From positions 1-55,148 of the forward strand of contig JAHBMJ010000154.1 of the NCBI GenBank assembly GCA_018398765.1: DNA of 55,148 bases. The letters run 5' to 3'. This document shows, piece after piece, positions 48,650 to 55,148 of the stretch. The notes under the pieces were generated by a model. It was not told where the DNA came from. It saw only the letters and a list, made by a program, of their open reading frames with translations, and made no database searches. A program made the translations under genes and the position numbers. Position 1 is the first letter of the stretch. Every line of letters starts with the position of its first letter. This DNA is from Chromera velia (Eukaryota).

Positions 48650-51600
48650 TGACCTAAGATCTTTTCTCTTTCTTTTTCAAACTGTTAAAGTCACAAGCAC
48701 TGACCAGATTGGTCCTTTTCCGAACTTCTTACTCGTTCTGTGACGGGAGTTCGACTTGAAAAACGTATCCTTCGTTTCTTAGGCAGTCTTCAACTAGTAT
48801 AGACCTGTTTTTGCATCTATCGTGCCCTGACTAGTTTCATTCCTGATGTCGGACGAAAGTAAAGACTCAAATAAAGTAGGAAGAAAGGGCAGCGGAGAAA
48901 ATGACGATGTCATTAACCGTGCTCCAACGGCTGCAGCAACAGCCGTCTCCAATACCCTTATCCCAAAATTTACAGAGATCACCACCGCACTCAAAGGTCT
49001 CCATCTCGGTACCATCTTCAGGGACGAGGCTATGACTCTGATAGGGCAAGCTGAGCAGAGGGTTGAGGTCAGGCTCAACTAGGTAGAAATGATCGTTGAG
49101 GAAGAGAGGGTGCTTGCACTCGTGGAGTGAGTTAAAAAGAAAAAATCACTCAACCATGCCAAGAGGGGCACGGTGGTGGTAAGACATCTCCCCTTTGGCC
49201 TGTGTTTCACAAAGGACGACCTCAAAGCAGCAGAGTCTCTTGGTGCCCTCATAGAGGGCGAGTGGAAGCAGCAGAGGAAATTCCCACAGGAGCTGTACCC
49301 CTATTCCCCCCTCCATCGCTGCCTCTCAATACTTGGATGTATATTATCTGGAGAGCCGGAATGAGCCGGACATAGATGGGTCATGGGGCATGAGCTGGAG
49401 GATCGAGTCTTTTTTCTATAGAAGCACCACAGACATGCAGGGAGGGGGAGCCCTCGCATACCGGTGAACTCAAACTCACCTCGGGTGATGCAGCTGCCCT
49501 GCTGTCAGCATACGACAAGGCCCGCAATAGACTGGGGATTGAAGACGGGAAACCTCTCCCCCTCTCCCTCCCTACAGATGCTGAGAATCAAGAAATCATA
49601 ATGCACCCAGGTGTTTCCTCCCTCTTCCGTTTCTTTGGAAAGGTTGATAATGGTGGAGGGAGGGTTTGCAACCGAAGCACAGCAGAATTTGAAAGACCGG
49701 TACCATGTTGTTGTGCAGGACTTTCGAAAGGTCACCGGCCTCACTAGCACCAGAGCAGCAGGACTGACCGAGCGACTCCGGCAGTTCTCGGCTGACTGGA
49801 GATTGGGGAGAATCAAAGGGTCTAGGGCCCCACTGGCAGACCTTGGAGCGGGGGGCATGGTCGAGCCCGAGGCACCAAGACAGGTCAACCTGGGGCTGCG
49901 CCTGCGTAGAACACACGACGAGAGACGAACGGTGACCCTGGCATTGCAGAGCAGACCCACAGATATAAACAGCGAATGCAAAGGGGTGAGGGAGGCGGAG
50001 TGAGGCGGGGACTCTTGTTTGGCCCCCAGCAGAAGCAGTGCACTGATGAGTGGGGGGGCCCTTTTAGAGTTCTGAACACAGTGCCTTCCTGGCAGGGGGG
50101 ACCGATCCAGGGAGGAGAAAATGGGGATGCTATGGCAGACGTTCAGTCCCCGGTGAACCCAGTACAAACTGAGGAAAAAGGGTGGGAGAGTAGGGTGGCC
50201 GAGTTCAATGGAGTCGATAGACCAGCAGGAAGCTCGGGGGAAGGAGAAGAGAGGGCCGGTCCCTCCCAGTAGCCGACGTGGCAGGGGGAGGGGGGGAGAG
50301 CAGGGTACTCCTCTCCTACAGATTCGACCCTGCATCACGGCAGTTTTCGGGACCTCTGCCGGAACAAAAGGTCTCACCTGGGGGCCCCCCGCCTTCACAA
50401 GGGATAGGAATAAGAGAAGCTATTGGAGTACTTACCGCGCTGATGCAAAAGGCAAAGAAACGAAAGAAGCCCTTATTAACATGCTTTGTAGACTTCAGCA
50501 AAGCCTTTGACTCCCTGCTCAGGGATGTTTTGTTTGAAGTTTTGTTGAAGTAAGGGGTAAGTGCAATTGATGTCAAAATGATTCAGGCAATATATACAAA
50601 TGTGTACGGAAGCATCACTGGTAGCCCTTTTATGTTCAAAGAAGAGAAAGGGGTGAAACAAGGGAATCCTCTTTCCCCTCTTCTCTTCTTGATTTTTATC
50701 AATGACCTGCATGAAAGAGTGAAGGCTTCCGGTCGTGCAGAGGTTCTGCTTGGTGGGGTTAAGTGTGATAGCCTTGCATGGTTACGCCAATGACCTTGTC
50801 TTCGTTGCTGAGAGCATGCATGACCTGCAAGTCCGCTTGAATGAATTGAATTCTTTCTGTGAAGAGAGAGGGCTCACTATTAATTTAAAAAAGACGAAAT
50901 TCATGTGTCTGTCCGACTCTTACCCTGCAATTGAAGGCAAAATTATGTTTCGGGGAAAAGAAGTCGAGAGAGTGGGGTCGTATAAGTATCTGGATGTTCT
51001 TTTGTTCGAAGGGAAAGACTTAAAGGAGGTAATAGAAGAGAGGCTTAGCATAGCGAGTAGACGGATGGGTCATGCAAAGAGTGTGGCACTCTCTTTAGGT
51101 CGCCTACGGCCCCCTGCAGCAAAAATTTTGTGTTTATGCGCTTTCTGGTTGCCTGTTGCTCTATACACGTTTGACTGTCTGCCTGTCCGCAAGTCAGACA
51201 TGGATGCATTAGATGCTCTTCAATTATGCTTTGTCCGTTGGGTTTTGAATCTGCCTCTCTCCTCTTTCCGTATACCTACTCTGTGTGCTGTCGGTCTACT
51301 TCCTGCACGTATGCATATGTCGATGAGACTTGCGGGGTATTTGACTAAGTTAAACTTAAAACATATTGACCTCAAGATGCCCGCGGGTGCCTGGTTGGCT
51401 TTAATGAATGGTGATTGTCCTTCCTCTATGATGCACGCACAAAAATTGATTGGGTCGACAGGATTGGAAGAATTTGTGACTGTCAATCCAACCATCAGGA
51501 GAAGGAAGAATTTCAAAGCCACCAAGGTTGGCCGTCTGCTTCTCTTAAGAGCAGTGATCAACCGGGAAGTTGATAAATGGATTGATGCTTATCTAGAAAG

Positions 51601-52498
51601 GGCCGCTTCACGGGGAGCAGTTTTATAGTTTGGCAGAGGCGTCAGAGCGAATGTGTTCTAAATGTCTTATTCTACTGCCTAACGTTCGTCTCTCCTCTTC
51701 CTTTCCTCTACTTTTCCCTCATCCCCTTCGTCCCCCCGTTTCGTTTTCCTCTCTTGCGCTGCGATCTGGTCCTCAGGCCTTTTTTCAGCCTTGCTGTATA
51801 TGTTGCTCGGTGGTTGCCCCCATGCATGTTATAGAGGGCTGGAAGACGCGGTTTGCCCTGCATGCAGGGGCAAAGCGGACGATCTGCTGCACCGGCTGAC
51901 TGAATGCACAGAAACAAGAGCAGATCGAGAGGCTCTGAATGCAATTGTAGCTGAAATTGAAGCCAAATTAGACAGAGCCCAAGAAAGAGAGAGAAAGTGG
52001 TTGCTATCGATAGACTCCACCCCTCTAAAACATGCCACGCAAAGCGAATTGTTGGCACGAATGAAGGTCACCCTGGCACTCAGACACTCACCCATACCGG
52101 CCTTGCGACTCTTGCAAAACATTTATCTGCACTCTCCATCATAAGGCCTGCAAATTGATGCATATGATGGTTACTTACCCCTCTTCCTGTCTCACCTTTT
52201 GAATGTTCTTTTTCCATCTCCCAAGTATATTTCCCGTCTCCCCTCTCTACCGGTCTTCCTATCTGCCTCTACTGCCTGAGAGTCTCTGTTGCAGTTGTCG
52301 CACTCCTTCCGCAGAAGGGAAACGGCATCAGCGATTTAGAAAGCATCTTCTAGATACAGGGTGTTTAGAGTTGTGAGAGTGAAGCCCCCTCCTGTTGTAT
52401 GATGGAGGTCTGGCAAAGGGGCAATAAAGCATTGTCCTAGACTCATGCACTGCATGATGGCCTATAGACCGATTAATAATAATGATGATGATGATGAT
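48650..52498 (+). mobile_element. Decayed, internally deleted non-LTR retrotransposon with a (GAT)n tail
   Basis: Broken ORF1-like region from 48846. RT motifs CFVDFSKAFDS, GVKQGNPLSPLLF, YAND (mutated YADD), GLTINLKKTK and YKYL. C-terminal CPAC-x8-H-x4-C knuckle at about 51854. 3' UTR and TAATAATAATGATGATG tail. The 5' boundary is approximate. Confidence 0.9.
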
Positions 52499-52775
52499 TG
52501 AGGGTTAAATCCTATATTTAGCGACGCCAAATCCCAAGCCACTAGCAAGGCTTTGAAGAAGTAAAAACACACATTTTTTTTTATAATTATGTAAAAGCAT
52601 AACCCCCCTACTGAGGGTGCTGCTCAGTGAAAAGCCGTTGGTTTAAAGTGGACACAATCTAGCTATCGAATAATGAATAAAAAAGGAATGACCAAAAATA
52701 CTAGACCATCATAATCCAAAATTTAAGTAAAGTTACTACTACTGGATCCGATTTATTTTGGCAGTGGCCCAGTGG

Positions 52776-53440
52776 CTAGGCGACGCACAATGGTAAAAAA
52801 AAAAAAAATCTGAAAACGTCTATTCTTCTTTTTTTTATTATTTAAAATTTTATTGTATATGTAAAAAAAAATAAAGGTTAAATGACTAACTTCAACTAGA
52901 GTTTGAATCATATCTAGGATCCCAGTTTCACTTTTAGCTTGGTAGATGTTTAAAAGGATTGACCAAAACTAGCTTCGACTAGAGCTTCAAAATGTATATC
53001 GTCCTAGATATCGTTAAAGAGCCAGTCAAAGAACTTCTCCTCTGTCTGCTCTTCTGTCTGCATCCATACATCTATCTTTCTTGTCACTCTTTGCATAGGA
53101 TAAAAGAGAGCCCCCTTTTCCCTTCGCCCGCCTGCTCACCTTCATCCCTGTAATCCCTTTTTGCGATGGTTGCTGCATGCACTGCCATGCAGTGCCATAC
53201 ACGCAGACTTCATTCATTTTTTAATTAGTATGAATGGTGAAATGACGGACCGGGTCACTCCCTCTGAAACTTTGAGTTGAGTAATAAGTTTGCGAGGAAG
53301 TTAGTTTAAAAGTATTTCTAAAAGGTGCTCCTCTAGGTGCTCCTAGAGGTGCTCTAGGAAATCCTTCGTAGAAAAAAAGAAAAAAAAAATCTGGAAAGGT
53401 CTATTTTTTTTTTTTTTTTTTACCACTGTGCGTCGCCTAG
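52776..53440. mobile_element. Non-autonomous TIR element (665 bp), CTAGG-terminus group
   Basis: TIR CTAGGCGACGCACA(A/G)TGGTAAAAAA; perfect 8-bp TSD CCCAGTGG (52768-52775, 53441-53448). Confidence 0.92.
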
Positions 53441-53492
53441 CCCAGTGGGCTTTGGAGGTACGCGGAACATATAAATCTTAAGATTCTTAACT

Positions 53493-53861
53493 ATGACTAT
53501 GACTATAATGTGCCATCGTCTAAGCCATCGTTATCTACAGCTGCCCACCCTGCGAACACTCAGTCTGGACCTAAGACTCCTCCCTAACCCCACCCCTATG
53601 AGGACCTCACCCCATCCCGCACTCGCACAGACAGCAAACCCCCCCCCCTCCCGCAACATACCCTCCACCCAGTCCCCGACGTGCTCCTCACTGAACCCTG
53701 ATGCAGCCCCCTTCTAATCGGCCGCCGCACCCCCAAAGAAACCCATCCTACCCACACATACACACAAGCACACACACCTACAGACCCCAGAAAGCCTCAG
53801 CGACACATCTGAGGTAGCCTCCTTCCAACCACCAGAACACCCGAAGCTACCCACCCCGCAT

Positions 53862-53903
<42 letters not shown>

Positions 53904-55148
53904 CCCAGAAAGCCTCAGAGACAGCCCCCCTCCAACCACCAGAACCCCCGAAACCACCCATCCTACATATACACACACACACGCAAATACACCCACAGAC
54001 CCCAGAAAGCCTCAGCAACACCCCAGAGGCAGCCCCCTTCTAACTACCAGAACCCCCGAAGCCACTCACCCCGCATACACGCATACATACCCACAGACCT
54101 CAGAAAGCCTCAGCAACACCCCAGAGGCAGCCCCCCTCCAACCACAAGAACCCCCAAAGCCACCCATCCCGCATACACACACACACAAGCACACCCACCC
54201 ACAGACCCCAGAAAGCTTCAGCGACATCCCAGAGGCAGCCTCCTTCCAACCATCAGAACCCCTGCAGACACCCACCCTGCATACACGCACACAGACGCAC
54301 ATACACCCACAGACTCCAGAAAGCCTCAACAACCCCCCAGAGGCAGCCCCATTCCAACCACCAGCACCCCTGCAGACACTTACCCCACATATACAACCCC
54401 ATATACACACACACACGCAAACCCCCGAAAGCCTCAGCGATACACCAGCCGAGACCCTCACCCCCTCAAAGGGGTACCTGAAAGTGCCGGATGAAGCCCC
54501 AACGGACCCCTTTGAGAGGTATAAATGGGTAGCGGACAAGAGAGTCTGCGAGAAGCGCCTTAAAAAGACATGGAAGGAGAGGCGGGGCGGCGAAAAAAGG
54601 GAGCAAGAGGAAGAAGATGACGAACCTCCTAATCTGGTGAACTTAAAGCATTCAGACAGCAAAGATGAAGACACAACAGCCAGACACAGCACCAAAACAC
54701 CCACCCCCCCACCCCAGAACTCGTAAAAGGTGAGGGCGAGCGAATGCTGTGCATGCCATAGGTTGGGGGGAAGGTGCACCTCGTGCCAATGTGTCCGGCA
54801 AGGGAGGCCGTGCAGCACAGACGGTCACATCTGCCCCCTCCAAGCTCCAGCAGACACCCGAGCCTACCCCCCCGGCGCAAGAACATGTCAGAACCCCCAC
54901 AACACTCCACTAGACAGCCCCCTCCACCGCCAAGCGCTCCCCTACCCCGGGGCCCCGGCCCCGGACCCGGAGACAAAGCCCAAAGCAACAAAGGGGAGGG
55001 GGGCGGCTCAGACCCCTCGTCCTACTCTTCCGCTAGTTCCTCCTCTTCCTCTTCCTCCTCCTCTTCCTCCTCCTCTTCCTCCTCCTCCTCCTCCTCCTCT
55101 TCCTCCTCTTCCTCCTCCTCTTCCTCCTCCTCTTCCTCCTCCTCTTCC
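53493..55148 (+). pseudogene. Decayed Pro/Thr-rich repeat ORF with PAM2-like motifs, a Cys-rich motif and poly-Ser; possibly a retroelement 5' region, running off the right edge
   Basis: About seven degenerate units of roughly 100-110 bp (53690-54450) encode QTPESLS(N/D)TPEAAPFQPP. These are followed by ECCACHRLGGRCTSCQCVRQGRPC at about 54742-54813 and (TCC/TCT)n. In-frame stops at 53715, 54041 and 54724. Confidence 0.45.

Overview
This is eukaryotic, intron-rich, microsatellite-dense DNA. GT-AG introns, (AGAC)n/(AAAG)n/(GT)n tracts, ankyrin gene copies and TGCATGCA promoter motifs suggest an alveolate such as a chromerid, but that assignment is inference. Five apparently intact genes were reconstructed by hand: a 4-exon DUF2461 gene head-to-head with an 11-exon kynurenine/alpha-aminoadipate aminotransferase, intronless PIG-V, a 9-exon Aa_trans amino-acid transporter, and an intronless 198-aa membrane protein. 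There are also two decayed ankyrin genes. The rest is a transposon landscape: a full-length but dead, highly divergent Ty1/copia element, fragments of at least three LINE families, two canonical hAT-type non-autonomous elements, and five TIR elements with CTAGG-type termini and 8-bp TSDs. The most notable signals are (i) the CTAGG/8-bp-TSD group, (ii) the copia element's AGT...ACT termini, LTR-overlapping PBS and WIDD catalytic motif, and (iii) all-transition, CpA-biased divergence between its LTRs, resembling RIP. All alignments and counts were done by eye and no database searches were run.
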